Source of the DNA: a virus
Taxonomy: Duplodnaviria > Caudoviricetes
IMG/VR virus record: IMGVR_UViG_3300043754_000129
Span: 259,679 to 323,678 of that record
Length of the DNA stretch: 64,000 nt
Direction: 5' to 3' (one strand)
The notes beneath the pieces were generated by a model. It was not told where the DNA came from, did no database searches, and was given only the letters and a program-made list of their open reading frames with translations. Position numbers and translations under genes: made by a program. Below, piece by piece: positions 7,980-16,325 of the stretch (the first letter of the stretch is position 1; every line of letters begins with the position of its first letter).

Positions 7980-9857
7980 TTACGCTGCTTGCTTGAACGC
8001 GATCGGATTCGTTTCCGGATCCGGGCAAGTCCACGAGCCCATCAGGTTACCGCGCATTTCCTGGAGCTGCGGGCGCACGGTGATCTGGCTGTTGAGGAAC
8101 ACCGTCTTGTACTCGCCCGCCGCGAACTGCTCGAGCGTCTGTTGGTCGAACAGGACGTAGTCGTCGCCTTCCTTCTCGACGCGCACCAGACCCTTGGCCG
8201 ACTTCTTCGTACCGTCGTCGGTTGCCGGATCCTTATAGATCTCGATGCGGTCCGTACCGTAGATCGCTTCGATTTCCGCGTACAGCGCCTTCATGGCCCA
8301 GCCGAACGTGTCACGCGAAAGCATGTTGTACGTGTACGAGCCGACGCCGAAGACGACGTTGCACGAAGCGAAGCCCTTCTTCGCCAGACGCTGGAAGATC
8401 TGGAGCGCGCGCACCAGGCTGATCGAGTCGCCGTAGATGAGACCGACGCGCTCGTGCAGCACCTTGTAGCCCTTGGACGTACGCGTACCGCCGAACGTTT
8501 CCCACAGGCACTGGACCGAACCCTTGCGTTCTGCTTCCGTGATCTTCTCGCCGGTAGCCTTCACCGTGTAGAGACCATTGTGATCCGCAAACGGTTCGCC
8601 CGTGCTAGCCCAGAGAACCAGCTCGTCGTCCTCGTAACCCGTGAGGATGCGAACAGGATCGCCCGAGTCCGGACGGAAGACGATCTTCGCCATGCCGAGT
8701 TCGTTCGGCTTGCGAGCGATGATCTTGTCCTTCAGTGCCGGCGCGACTTCCGTGATGGTTGCCCAGTAGTCGAACGAGTCGGCCACGATGGAGAGCATGC
8801 CTTCCGGGAAATCTTCTTCGATCAGCTGACGGATGACTTCCTTTTCAGCCAGCTTGCGCAGCTTGCGCGCACGATCCGCGATTGCCGCAGCTTGCTCAGC
8901 CGTCATCGTCGATGCGTCGACTTCACCGCCCATGGCGATCTGGTCGAGTTCGGCTTGCAGCGTCTTGATCATCGCGTCGCGCTCTTCGCCCGTGAGCTTC
9001 GAGACGTACGACGTCGACAGATCACCGTGGATCTGACCCATGGCCAGACGCTTCATCACGAGCAGGATGCGCAGCGTCATCACGCTGTGTTCCGTTGCCG
9101 GGATCGAACCACCGACGAGTTCACGATCGCTGTCTGCGCCGTAGAAGTCTTCGAGGTAGTCGATTGCCGGAATCGTGTCCGTGCCGAAGAACGACAGGAG
9201 AACGCCCGAGCCGCAACGTGCTGCATCGTGCACGCCCGACATGCCGCGCATCGAGAAGTCGTGGATCTGCCAGTAGATGAAATCTTCCGGCGCACCCGTG
9301 AGCTTCGCGAAGTACGTGGCGAGCTTGCGGAATTCGAACGCGATGGTCGCGACCGTAGCCGGCTTCCACATTTCGCAGCTGAACAGCGTTTCGATGTACG
9401 TGACGACCCAGGCGAAGTCCGGATGCGTGCTGATGAAGATCACCGGCGGCACCTTGATGTTCACACGGCAGCCTTCGGGCAGCGCACGGATTTCCAGCGG
9501 CAGGTAGCCGAGGTCATGCAGCGCGGCAACCTTGTCCGTATTCACCGAGCCCTTGCCGAGCGCGTTGTTCATACGGCGACGATACTTGCGGATCGCTTCG
9601 TCCTTGTTCGGCGCGTTGAAGAACTCGCGGTTGAACAGATCGACGAGGAACTCCTGCATGAAGCCCGTCAGACCGTACCACACGATCTTTTCGTCGAACA
9701 GCTCGCGCAGCACCGGTGCGTACTTGGAGGTGCGCGGCGTGAAGTTCGCCACCAGCATCTTCATGCCTTCGGGGTACATGCCCGGGTGACCGGTCTTGTA
9801 GAAGTCCGCGAGGTTGAAGGGGACAACGCCATTCTTTTCGAGTGCAACAGCTTCCAT
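7980..9857 (-). CDS. nadV: Nicotinamide phosphoribosyltransferase family protein (NAMPT/NadV; candidate NARP1 Namat)
   Basis: DFYKTGH, NFTPR, HDFSMRG, GTDTIPA, PATEHSVM, SIVADSFD, FRPDSGDP, GLIYGDSI, GVGSYTY, KDP.TDDGTKKSAKG; start MEAVAL at 9857. Confidence 0.93.
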   Translation of the reverse strand: MEAVALEKNGVVPFNLADFYKTGHPGMYPEGMKMLVANFTPRTSKYAPVLRELFDEKIVWYGLTGFMQEFLVDLFNREFFNAPNKDEAIRKYRRRMNNALGKGSVNTDKVAALHDLGYLPLEIRALPEGCRVNIKVPPVIFISTHPDFAWVVTYIETLFSCEMWKPATVATIAFEFRKLATYFAKLTGAPEDFIYWQIHDFSMRGMSGVHDAARCGSGVLLSFFGTDTIPAIDYLEDFYGADSDRELVGGSIPATEHSVMTLRILLVMKRLAMGQIHGDLSTSYVSKLTGEERDAMIKTLQAELDQIAMGGEVDASTMTAEQAAAIADRARKLRKLAEKEVIRQLIEEDFPEGMLSIVADSFDYWATITEVAPALKDKIIARKPNELGMAKIVFRPDSGDPVRILTGYEDDELVLWASTGEPFADHNGLYTVKATGEKITEAERKGSVQCLWETFGGTRTSKGYKVLHERVGLIYGDSISLVRALQIFQRLAKKGFASCNVVFGVGSYTYNMLSRDTFGWAMKALYAEIEAIYGTDRIEIYKDPATDDGTKKSAKGLVRVEKEGDDYVLFDQQTLEQFAAGEYKTVFLNSQITVRPQLQEMRGNLMGSWTCPDPETNPIAFKQAA

Positions 9858-9882
9858 TTCGTTCTTCTTCCTTTCTTCTTGT

Positions 9883-10773
9883 TTAAACGTCGATGACGCG
9901 CGTGTCGTCGGTCCAGTTGTTGCGGGTGAAGACGCTCGTGTAGTGCTCGAGCAGCAGTTCAGCGCCGTAGCTGAAGATGCCATGCGTCACGTACAGGAAC
10001 ATCGGGCGCATCGGCCACGTGGCTTCGAGTGCCGTTTCACCAGCCGTCGTTTCCACAGCTTCGAGCTTGCGCACAGCCTTCGCCAGTTCGATGAAGGTGC
10101 GACCCCCGTCGCAGATGTCATCGACCACCAGCAGCGGTGCATCAGGCATGTCACCGTGGATCTCGGTCGCCGTGATCTCCAGCGTCTTGGTGTCACGCAC
10201 CTTGTCCGCGAAGACGACTTGCAGGCCGCCCAGGCAGTGCGCGATCTTCAGCGTACGCTTGCGCGCACCTGCGTCCGGCGACACCAGTGCCGGCAACACG
10301 CCGTAGCGCGCTTCGATCTTCCGCACGGTTTCTTCGATCGCGCTGTACGCTTCGTCGACCACCACATTGTCGAGCAGAGCCGTCGCCACGTCGCTGTGCG
10401 GATCTTGCACGACCACGCGCGCGTAGCCTTGATCGTTGATCAGCTTGCAGAAGACCTTCAGGCCATGCGCTTCACCGTGATTCGCCACGCGGTCCTGGCG
10501 TGCGTACGGCACGTAGGGCATGATGAGCGTGATCGGCAGCATCGGGTACAGACGCTTGACGGCGTCGGTCACGAGCAGCAGTTCCATGACGTCGTCGCCA
10601 CCGGTCAGATGCACCTGGATGTGGACCGCCACGGGCTTGCCGTTGGGATACACCGTCGGGTGCATTTCGCCACCCTTGAACTTGATCGTTTTCACGTCGA
10701 GTTCTTGACGACCGGTTACGGGTTCGCCAGTCAGCGTGTGACCGCTGCTGTGGACAGCAAATACTTTCAGCAT
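9883..10773 (-). CDS. prs: Ribose-phosphate pyrophosphokinase-like protein (candidate NARP1 Adps)
   Basis: FKGGE, MPYVPYARQDR, DPHS, VSPDAGA, LVVDDICDGGRTF, YVTHGIFS. Confidence 0.92.
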   Translation of the reverse strand: MLKVFAVHSSGHTLTGEPVTGRQELDVKTIKFKGGEMHPTVYPNGKPVAVHIQVHLTGGDDVMELLLVTDAVKRLYPMLPITLIMPYVPYARQDRVANHGEAHGLKVFCKLINDQGYARVVVQDPHSDVATALLDNVVVDEAYSAIEETVRKIEARYGVLPALVSPDAGARKRTLKIAHCLGGLQVVFADKVRDTKTLEITATEIHGDMPDAPLLVVDDICDGGRTFIELAKAVRKLEAVETTAGETALEATWPMRPMFLYVTHGIFSYGAELLLEHYTSVFTRNNWTDDTRVIDV

Positions 10774-10802
10774 TTCGTTCTAATCCGTTTTCGTTGTTTC
10801 GC

Positions 10803-11000
10803 TTACGGCATGTAATGCCAGAGCTTGATGCAGATCGAGACGATCATCAGGATGATGCCCAGGAAGAAGAGCACCGCACCGATGTAGTCCCACTTGTTGT
10901 GCTGCTTGCGCTTCACCAGTCGCTCCATGGCGTTCGTGCCAAAGAAGCGAATCATGACAACGCCGACCAGGAAACAGATCAACCCAATCACGAAGACCAT
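10803..11000 (-). CDS. Small 2-TM membrane protein
   Basis: Two hydrophobic segments around a basic loop; AAGGAG RBS. Confidence 0.7.
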   Translation of the reverse strand: MVFVIGLICFLVGVVMIRFFGTNAMERLVKRKQHNKWDYIGAVLFFLGIILMIVSICIKLWHYMP

Positions 11001-11010
11001 GCCGCGCTCC

Positions 11011-11541
11011 TTACATGCCGTCCTGGTTCAGTTCCGACCAGGGCTTGGTGAGCGTGACCACGTTCGGCTCCGAGCGCACCGGCTCCGTCGTGCCGTCCTT
11101 GTACAGACACAGCACCCACGTACCGTTGGCCGACGGCGAGGAGAACAGACCGTTCGGATCTGCTTGCGGCAGGATCCCGACGCCGACTTGCGACGAAGCG
11201 TAGCCGACCATCTGCGGATTCGTGTACTGCTCCGATTCCGGAATGCCGAAGCCAATCGAGCGACACAGCGGCGTGTGCTCGTTGTGCATCCCCACGAAGT
11301 ACGTGTAGGTTTGCAGGTTCGGTTGGTCACGCTTCTCGAAGATCAGCTTGAAGATCTTCTTTTCGGTCCAGTTCAGGATCGCGGGCATGCCGACGGCTGC
11401 TTGCGATTCCGACTGCATGCGCTCTTGCGCAGCGGCTTCACGCTTGGTCGCGTCGGTCTGGCCGTCGCACGATTCCGCGGTGAGGACGAAGAAGGCGGCG
11501 AGCGCCAGGGCAGAAACTTTCAGGAGATTGTTCTTCTTCAT
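11011..11541 (-). CDS. Conserved phage lipoprotein-like protein
   Basis: Signal peptide ending TAESC; motifs NWTEKK, RDQPN..TYTY, CRSIGFGIP, QYTNP, QADPNGLF, GTWVLC. Confidence 0.8.
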   Translation of the reverse strand: MKKNNLLKVSALALAAFFVLTAESCDGQTDATKREAAAQERMQSESQAAVGMPAILNWTEKKIFKLIFEKRDQPNLQTYTYFVGMHNEHTPLCRSIGFGIPESEQYTNPQMVGYASSQVGVGILPQADPNGLFSSPSANGTWVLCLYKDGTTEPVRSEPNVVTLTKPWSELNQDGM

Positions 11542-11547
11542 GACTTG

Positions 11548-11892
11548 TTATTGGATTGCGTTGTAGAACGACTGCACATCAGCCGGGAGTTGTCCGCACG
11601 TGAACCCGTCGTACTCGTGCTTGAACGTATCGGCCAGAGCTGCCTTGCCTGCGGCGTCCGCGTGATTCCACTGCTCGCGGATTTGACGCAGTTCGCGCGT
11701 GAGGCTATCCACGTGCGAGTCGGAACACTCGAACGTGTTGTGGCGCACTTGCTCCACACGCGGCGCGAAGAACTTGAGGTTCACATACCCCGCGTAGTTC
11801 GCGACGAATCCGAGGATGGCGATCACCACGATGATGATGGTGCCCCAGATCAGAAACGTGCCGACTTCTTTTGCTTCTTGTTTGACAGACAC
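11548..11892 (-). CDS. Single-TM membrane protein partnered with the downstream lipoprotein
   Basis: N-terminal TM followed by FFAPRVEQVRHNTFE. Confidence 0.8.
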   Translation of the reverse strand: MSVKQEAKEVGTFLIWGTIIIVVIAILGFVANYAGYVNLKFFAPRVEQVRHNTFECSDSHVDSLTRELRQIREQWNHADAAGKAALADTFKHEYDGFTCGQLPADVQSFYNAIQ

Positions 11893-11895
11893 TGC

Positions 11896-12165
11896 TTACC
11901 CCGTTAAAATAGAACTACGCTTACGTGAATTGTCAGAAGCTGCTCGAATCTCAGCATCGAGTCGACATGCCTCTGCCAACATCTTCTTATCAAACCACGG
12001 CTTCTGCGTTTTCGCGTAGGTGTACGCTGCATTGCCATACACGTAACGCGCCCCATAATGACCAAACCCGCACTTCGGACAACCGCCGTACTGTGGATGT
12101 TGATCATCAATGGAGAAGACCCACTCACAACTTGCACAGACTCGAAGCTTTGCGGACTGACTCAT
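11896..12165 (-). CDS. Zn-ribbon protein
   Basis: CASC...CPKC. Confidence 0.75.
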   Translation of the reverse strand: MSQSAKLRVCASCEWVFSIDDQHPQYGGCPKCGFGHYGARYVYGNAAYTYAKTQKPWFDKKMLAEACRLDAEIRAASDNSRKRSSILTG

Positions 12166-12167
12166 GG

Positions 12168-12419
12168 TTACAACCCCACTGGCAGTTGAATAAAACGCAG
12201 GATGGGCAGCTCTGGGATCGGCTTAAACATCGGCTGCACTTTAAGCTCTTCGCGCGGACAACCCCAGTTCGTTACCCGGCGAAACCCCAATGCTTCCCAC
12301 TTCTTGTCCAGCCGCATGTCGTCATACGCACGAACATGCGCCTGATGCAGCGTAGCCTTCGCTGCCCAGTACTGAGCATCGTACTGGATTTCTTTCTCTT
12401 CCTGATCGTACCACCACAT
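12168..12419 (-). CDS. Hypothetical protein
   Basis: 83-aa ORF in the tightly packed series. Confidence 0.65.
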   Translation of the reverse strand: MWWYDQEEKEIQYDAQYWAAKATLHQAHVRAYDDMRLDKKWEALGFRRVTNWGCPREELKVQPMFKPIPELPILRFIQLPVGL

Positions 12420-12421
12420 GG

Positions 12422-12661
12422 CTAGGCCCTCGGCGAAGGCGCGAACATCACCTTCATCTGTTCGCCAGCTTGATGCGTCTTGTAGACGAAGTAGCCCACG
12501 AGCGCAAGCGTACCGACAATCGAGAACGCAATCAGCGCTCGACGAATCCAGCGCTTGCGACGCTTTGTTTCTTCATCTTCCGGATCAGGAGGCAGCCAAC
12601 CACCACGCTGATAACTCTGGCGGCTGACCTGCATCAACAACAGTGTTGCGGGAACGCTCAT
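12422..12661 (-). CDS. Small membrane protein
   Basis: Start MSVPAT at 12661 with AGGAGG RBS; C-terminal TM. Confidence 0.7.
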   Translation of the reverse strand: MSVPATLLLMQVSRQSYQRGGWLPPDPEDEETKRRKRWIRRALIAFSIVGTLALVGYFVYKTHQAGEQMKVMFAPSPRA

Positions 12662-12669
12662 GACACCTC

Positions 12670-12879
12670 CTATCGACCGAGCAGCTGCAATCGGTTCCGA
12701 TATGCACGTCGCCCAACCATCAGGGTTTCCAGACGGTTGAGCAGCTCTTGCTCTTCGGGCGAGAAGCGATGCGTCTGATGAGTGATCACTTGCCGCTTGG
12801 CACCTGCCTCGTGAAAAGCGGTACTCACCTCTTCCAGGAAGTTCAGGTCTTCCTGGGCCTGCTGCATCGCATCGGGCAT
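12670..12879 (-). CDS. Hypothetical protein
   Basis: 69-aa ORF directly after the dcd stop. Confidence 0.65.
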   Translation of the reverse strand: MPDAMQQAQEDLNFLEEVSTAFHEAGAKRQVITHQTHRFSPEEQELLNRLETLMVGRRAYRNRLQLLGR

Positions 12880-12881
12880 GG

Positions 12882-13805
12882 TTACACCTTCGGGCAGACG
12901 ACTTCAGCCGCTTGACCTTGGTACTTGCCGCCACGGTCAGCGTACGAGACTTCGCACGTGTCGTCGGACTTGAAGAAGAGCACCTGCGCGCAACCTTCGT
13001 TCGCGTAGATCTTCGCGGGCAGCGGCGTCGTGTTGCTGAATTCCAGCGTCACGTAGCCTTCCCATTCCGGCTCGAAAGGCGTCACGTTCACGATGATACC
13101 GCACCGTGCGTACGTGCTCTTGCCCAGACAGACAGTGAGGACATTGCGCGGGATCTTCATGCGCTCGACCGTACGGGCCAATGCGAACGAGTTCGGCGGG
13201 ATGATGCAGACGTCACCCTTGAAGTCCACGAAGGTCTTCTCGTCGAAGTTCTTCGGATCCACCACCGTCGAATTGATGTTGGTGAAGATCTTGAACTCGT
13301 CGGCGCAGCGCACATCGTAGCCGTAGCTGCTCGTGCCGTAGGAGACGATCTTGTCGTTGCGCGCGGCTTCGAGCAAACGCTTGTGGTCGCGGAACATCCA
13401 TTCCTCGTCCAGCACAGCGTCCGGCGGCGCGAGAGCCGCATCGAAACCCGACTTGTCCCAGGCGAGCCAGCGCTCCCAGTTGTTCTGGGTGAACTCCGGA
13501 TGCAGCACCCAGAACGGCGGCACTTCATGCGCCTTGTTGCGGATCAGGTCCGGCACGAACGGATCGATCATGCGCGGGTAAGCGACGCAGTAGCCCTGTT
13601 GCTCGGACTCCGTCATCACCTTCACCTTCTCCTGCGCGAGCCAGTCCGGCGTGTGCTCCGGCGTCGAGAACTTCTCGCCCGTTTCCGTGTTGTACAACTG
13701 GTCACCCACGAGCGTGAAGAACATCCGCTTGTAATTCGGCGGCAGGTAGCTGTGCGTGGGGACGAGCGAGCGTGCCCGGATCTGCTTGTCACTCAGGATG
13801 CTCAT
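12882..13805 (-). CDS. dcd: dCTP deaminase with two N-terminal insertions
   Basis: [96 protein letters not shown]; start at 13805 with AAGGAG. Confidence 0.95.
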   Translation of the reverse strand: MSILSDKQIRARSLVPTHSYLPPNYKRMFFTLVGDQLYNTETGEKFSTPEHTPDWLAQEKVKVMTESEQQGYCVAYPRMIDPFVPDLIRNKAHEVPPFWVLHPEFTQNNWERWLAWDKSGFDAALAPPDAVLDEEWMFRDHKRLLEAARNDKIVSYGTSSYGYDVRCADEFKIFTNINSTVVDPKNFDEKTFVDFKGDVCIIPPNSFALARTVERMKIPRNVLTVCLGKSTYARCGIIVNVTPFEPEWEGYVTLEFSNTTPLPAKIYANEGCAQVLFFKSDDTCEVSYADRGGKYQGQAAEVVCPKV

Positions 13806-14055
13806 CTTCTTCTCCTTCGTTGCCAAACTTCGGCAGATGTGGAAGAGTGAGTTCGAGATACTCTTTCTCTTCCACGATGTAATAGAACTTGTCGCCGATC
13901 TTTTCCCGGCCCTTATTCTTCGCAATGAGGTACAGAGTCTGCATCCTCATGTAAGCCGCGTAGAACATCAGGAACGTCATGAGGAAGCCCATGACGGCCG
14001 CCCCATAGAAGAAGTTCGGGTCATTCAACGTAGCGTCGATGGCTTGCAGACTCAT
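13789..14055 (-). CDS. Small membrane protein
   Basis: [23 protein letters not shown]; GGGGG RBS. Confidence 0.7.
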   Translation of the reverse strand: MSLQAIDATLNDPNFFYGAAVMGFLMTFLMFYAAYMRMQTLYLIAKNKGREKIGDKFYYIVEEKEYLELTLPHLPKFGNEGEEDEHPE

Positions 14056-14066
14056 GCTGCCCCCGA

Positions 14067-14444
14067 TCAATAGATCGTGCGGCTACGGATAGCCTGCGTC
14101 TTCTGGAAGCTCGGCTGCGCGCTGCTCTGGCCCGTACGGCCCTGGCGCACCGGTGCCTGGACAGCGGCGGCCGGCTTTTCGACGCGCGCGGCTTGTGCGG
14201 CGACGTCGACGGCGCCCGCGGCGACGGCTTCAGCTTTCGACTGTTCGACTTGCGCGGCGAGCAGGTCCTTCGCGACGATCGAGCTGATCTTGTCTTCGAG
14301 GGACTTCGCGAAATCGAGGGTGATGTGCAGATCGCCTTCGAGCAGTGCGACGAGCTTCTCGACAGGGATCTCCAGCTTCTGTGCGTCTTCCGACAGCTTG
14401 CGGCCTTCGAATGCTTTCTTCAGGTATTCGACTACGAGGTTCAT
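14067..14444 (-). CDS. XRE-family HTH protein, HigA/VapI-like
   Basis: LSEDAQKLEIPVEKLVALLEGDLHITLDFAKSLE...LLAAQ pattern; low-complexity tail. Confidence 0.6.
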   Translation of the reverse strand: MNLVVEYLKKAFEGRKLSEDAQKLEIPVEKLVALLEGDLHITLDFAKSLEDKISSIVAKDLLAAQVEQSKAEAVAAGAVDVAAQAARVEKPAAAVQAPVRQGRTGQSSAQPSFQKTQAIRSRTIY

Positions 14445-14459
14445 GACTACGGTCCTTTC

Positions 14460-15308
14460 TTAGTTAGTGGTTGACTGCTTGGGTGCTGCCTTCTTACGCG
14501 GCGCCTTCGGGACGATCCCCAGACGCTTCTCGTAACGCTTCAGCTTGGCCTTGAGCGTGTTAAGCTCAGCGGTCAAGGCTTGATTTTCCTTATCCAGGTT
14601 CAGGAGCGGCTGGTACATCAGCTCACGCCGCAAGAACGAGGGTTCAATCTTCCTGCCATTCGGGTAGACCTTCTCCATCACCCCAATGAGCAGGTCCTTC
14701 GGGATTTCGTGGTGCAGTCCGTAGCGACGGAAGATCGGCTTCTTGTCGTCAGGATGCTCGGTCATTTCCCAGATATCGATGAAGCCACCCGAGTTGCCAT
14801 CGTGGTAGAACGTATCGAACATCGCCCGGATGACGTCGACCTTCGCATCTTCCGGTGCGCGCTTGATGTTGTTCAAGCACAGCTGCGCCCCACCACCCAT
14901 GCAGACGATCTCGTTCTTCTCGTACTTCTTGTACGAAAAGCCAGCCTCGTCGAAACGGAACGAATGGTTGAACTGTTCACCGATCAGGAGCACTTCGAAG
15001 AGGTTCCCCATGGCCACGACCAGGTCCTTTTCGGCGGCGATCGTGTAGAAGAGGAGTGCTGTGCTGCTATCCGAATCGGCACGCGCATCGTCTTCCAACG
15101 ACTCCACAAATTTCACCATCGGCATAAACGCGCCGGTCCCCGACCAGCCGTGCACGATATCATCAAAGACGAAGCCTTCCTTTTCGCTTTTGATGCGAAA
15201 GGGAGTCAAGATCTGCTGGATCTTGGTAAGCGAGTGAAGTACCTCGCCGTCCTTGTTAATCGCGCTGTCTGCGTACAACCGGTTCTTGTGCCAAACAATG
15301 CAAGTCAT
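14460..15308 (-). CDS. Ntn-hydrolase (HslV/proteasome beta-like fold) protein
   Basis: N-terminal M-T-C-I-V..ADS, Lys in LTKIQ, CMGGGAQ, HDGNSGGFIDIW; C-terminal coiled coil and basic tail. Confidence 0.6.
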   Translation of the reverse strand: MTCIVWHKNRLYADSAINKDGEVLHSLTKIQQILTPFRIKSEKEGFVFDDIVHGWSGTGAFMPMVKFVESLEDDARADSDSSTALLFYTIAAEKDLVVAMGNLFEVLLIGEQFNHSFRFDEAGFSYKKYEKNEIVCMGGGAQLCLNNIKRAPEDAKVDVIRAMFDTFYHDGNSGGFIDIWEMTEHPDDKKPIFRRYGLHHEIPKDLLIGVMEKVYPNGRKIEPSFLRRELMYQPLLNLDKENQALTAELNTLKAKLKRYEKRLGIVPKAPRKKAAPKQSTTN

Positions 15309-15331
15309 GGGTTTTTTATTTCCTTGGTTTT

Positions 15332-15658
15332 TTACTTCGTGGGGACGAGGGTAACTTTCTGGACACCGACCTTGACGATGTCTTCGAGCGTGGCACGGCG
15401 ATTGAACCAGCCTTCTGCACCAATCAGCTTCTGGTAGTAGCAGCCTTTCTCTTCCAGGAACTCGCGCCAGTAGTTCTTTTCGATCTCGCGCTTGACGATG
15501 TTGTTCTTGTCGGTGAGTTCAACCACGTACACCGGCTCTTTACGGAAGTGAAAGAAGAACTTGCCATCGAAGTAGATCGCCGCCACGATGAGGTGCTCGG
15601 GACGACGACCGACACGACGTTTCACTTGACGCATACGGCGCTCAGACGAGCGGCTCAT
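15332..15658 (-). CDS. Hypothetical basic protein
   Basis: Start MSRSSE at 15658 with GGAGG RBS. Confidence 0.7.
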   Translation of the reverse strand: MSRSSERRMRQVKRRVGRRPEHLIVAAIYFDGKFFFHFRKEPVYVVELTDKNNIVKREIEKNYWREFLEEKGCYYQKLIGAEGWFNRRATLEDIVKVGVQKVTLVPTK

Positions 15659-16050
15659 ACGACCTCCAGGAAGCGTTGGGAAATGTGCGCATTGTCCAGG
15701 AGAATCTTCTTCGGCCGTGGATTGTTGCGCCACTCGATTACATCTTGCATCATCTTGCCAGGCGACACTTGACAGTAGCACTTGTCACCGAGCGGACCTT
15801 CACAGTCCTTGTTGTACAGGGGGATTTTCGCGAAGTCTTCACGGGTCGTGACCTGGACCTTATCGTAGTCCCAGTCCCAGTGATTGTGGGGGAGCATCAC
15901 CCGGTCGCGAACCAAGGTGACGTGTGTATCGGTGGCAGCGAGCACCAGCATCATCGGAGTGAAATGGTCCGACCAGTAATCACCGGCTTCGGGATTTAAG
16001 CGATGCTTGCGTGTGAGGCGCTCTTGCTCTTCCAGATATCTGCTGCTCAT
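15655..16050 (-). CDS. Hypothetical protein
   Basis: 131-aa ORF with AAGGGA RBS. Confidence 0.75.
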   Translation of the reverse strand: MSSRYLEEQERLTRKHRLNPEAGDYWSDHFTPMMLVLAATDTHVTLVRDRVMLPHNHWDWDYDKVQVTTREDFAKIPLYNKDCEGPLGDKCYCQVSPGKMMQDVIEWRNNPRPKKILLDNAHISQRFLEVV

Positions 16051-16069
16051 TTGTTATCCCTTCGTTGTG

Positions 16070-16310
16070 TGTATGGGCCAGTACTACTACCGTTCCCTAG
16101 CATGTCCGTCATGAATTCACGTACCCCACGGCGCGTCCAGTTGTTGGCGCAACTGTCCCTCGTTCGAGCTGAATCCCGTTCAAACGTTTTCAAAGCGGCG
16201 AGACTCAGAAACGTGCTAGAGCATTGCTTACCGCGGTACCGGTAACTTAAAGGAGTCCCAGGCCTATCGTCCCACGACGACCAGCCCAAGCATGCCCGGG
16301 GTACAACCGC
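16070..16310. ncRNA. Candidate structured non-coding RNA (unassigned)
   Basis: About 270-nt gap with no credible ORF; local hairpins CAGTTG/CAACTG, TTACCG/CGGTAA and TCGTC/GACGA, plus possible long-range helices. Confidence 0.3.
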
Positions 16311-16325
16311 TTCTGGAGAAATCTG

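Noticed and set aside
7980-13925. Long N-terminal extensions in the ORF track (7980-9983, 12882-13925, 39007-45141, 59445-61190, 12422-12934, 15332-15781, 53126-53983)
   Set aside because: They overlap upstream genes or terminators. Downstream Met codons with clear RBSs give better starts.
16047-16289. 80-aa ORF MGWSSWDD...
   Set aside because: Atypical composition and codon usage, no RBS, and it overlaps a hairpin-rich segment. It is treated as probably non-coding.
16097-16290. Group I intron assignment
   Set aside because: Only the P7-like pair and helix order fit. It lies antisense to the genes, interrupts no gene, and the junction consensus is missing. It is kept only as an unassigned RNA candidate.
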